Origin: Octopus sinensis
Taxonomy: Eukaryota
Direction: 5' to 3'
DNA length: 64,000 nucleotides
Assembly (NCBI RefSeq): GCF_006345805.1
Contig: NC_043006.1
Span: 25,420,001-25,484,000, forward strand
Position 1 is the first letter of the stretch; each line of letters begins with the position of its first letter. Shown piece by piece: positions 63,621 to 64,000 of this stretch. The notes beneath the pieces were generated by a model. The model did no database searches, was not told where the DNA came from, and saw only the letters and a list, made by a program, of their open reading frames with translations. The translations under genes were made by a program, and so were the position numbers.

Positions 63621-63718
63621 AAAATCTCACGTATCATGGTGAGCGAAACAAATTCTTAAATACAGTGTCCTCTACTATCCGAGCTCTCATTTCCTTCTCC
63701 CCCCCCTTCCCGCCTCCA

Positions 63719-63848
63719 AGGGCATCCAGCTGTAGAAACACTGCCAGATCTGACTGGCCTGGTGCAGCCTTCGGGCTTCCCAGACCCCAGTTGAACCGTC
63801 CAACCCATGCTAACATGGAAAGCGGACGTTAAACGATGATGATGATGA

Positions 63849-63851
<3 letters not shown>
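63719..63851 (+). mobile_element. Repeat family A, short 3' copy
   Basis: agggcatccagctgtagaaac...aaac(gat)n. Confidence 0.85.
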
Positions 63852-63882
<31 letters not shown>

Positions 63883-63924
63883 TCATCATCATCATATATA
63901 TATAAATATATACATACATATACA

Positions 63925-64000
63925 CAACAGGCTTCTTTTAGTTTCCGTCTACCAAATCTACTCACAAGGTTTTGGTCGGCCCGAGGCTATAGTTGAAGAC
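63925..64000 (-). mobile_element. SINE family B, cut by the window end
   Basis: ggcttctttt.agtttccgtctaccaaatc.actcacaagg.tttggtcggcccgaggctatag. Confidence 0.8.

Noticed and set aside
62828-63637. 269-aa minus-strand ORF upstream of GRHPR
   Set aside because: It runs through a foldback MITE, microsatellites, a SINE and a poly-A tract, giving CVCV/HTHT low complexity.

Overview
This is AT-rich, repeat-dense animal genomic DNA. The SINE, Penelope and RTE repeat content and the (CA/TA/CAT)n microsatellites suggest an octopus or other coleoid cephalopod, which is an inference. Two convergent intron-containing genes are present. On the + strand is the 3' part of a Par-3/Bazooka (PARD3) polarity gene: 16 exons from 594 to 43256 that join in frame, covering the end of PDZ1, PDZ2, PDZ3, the aPKC-binding [15 protein letters not shown] motif and the stop. 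Two of these exons are candidate frame-preserving cassettes missed or obscured by the ORF track. On the - strand is a complete 3-exon glyoxylate/hydroxypyruvate reductase (GRHPR-like) gene, 62695-50330, with an N-terminal extension resembling a mitochondrial presequence. The rest is mobile-element sequence. This includes a 5'-truncated Penelope-like element (RT + GIY-YIG) with a hammerhead-ribozyme motif, other hammerhead-bearing Penelope derivatives (a 2.1-kb head-to-head palindrome and a tRNA-headed, hammerhead-tailed element), a full-length decayed hAT/Buster transposon with TSD, and a pogo/Fot1-like transposon with TIRs. There are also GG...CC/8-bp-TSD (Merlin-like) MITEs including a 43-bp nested one, Helitron-like MITEs, RTE LINE fragments and several tRNA-derived SINE families. 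Exon, TIR and TSD boundaries were read by eye. Decayed-repeat boundaries are approximate and family assignments were not database-checked.
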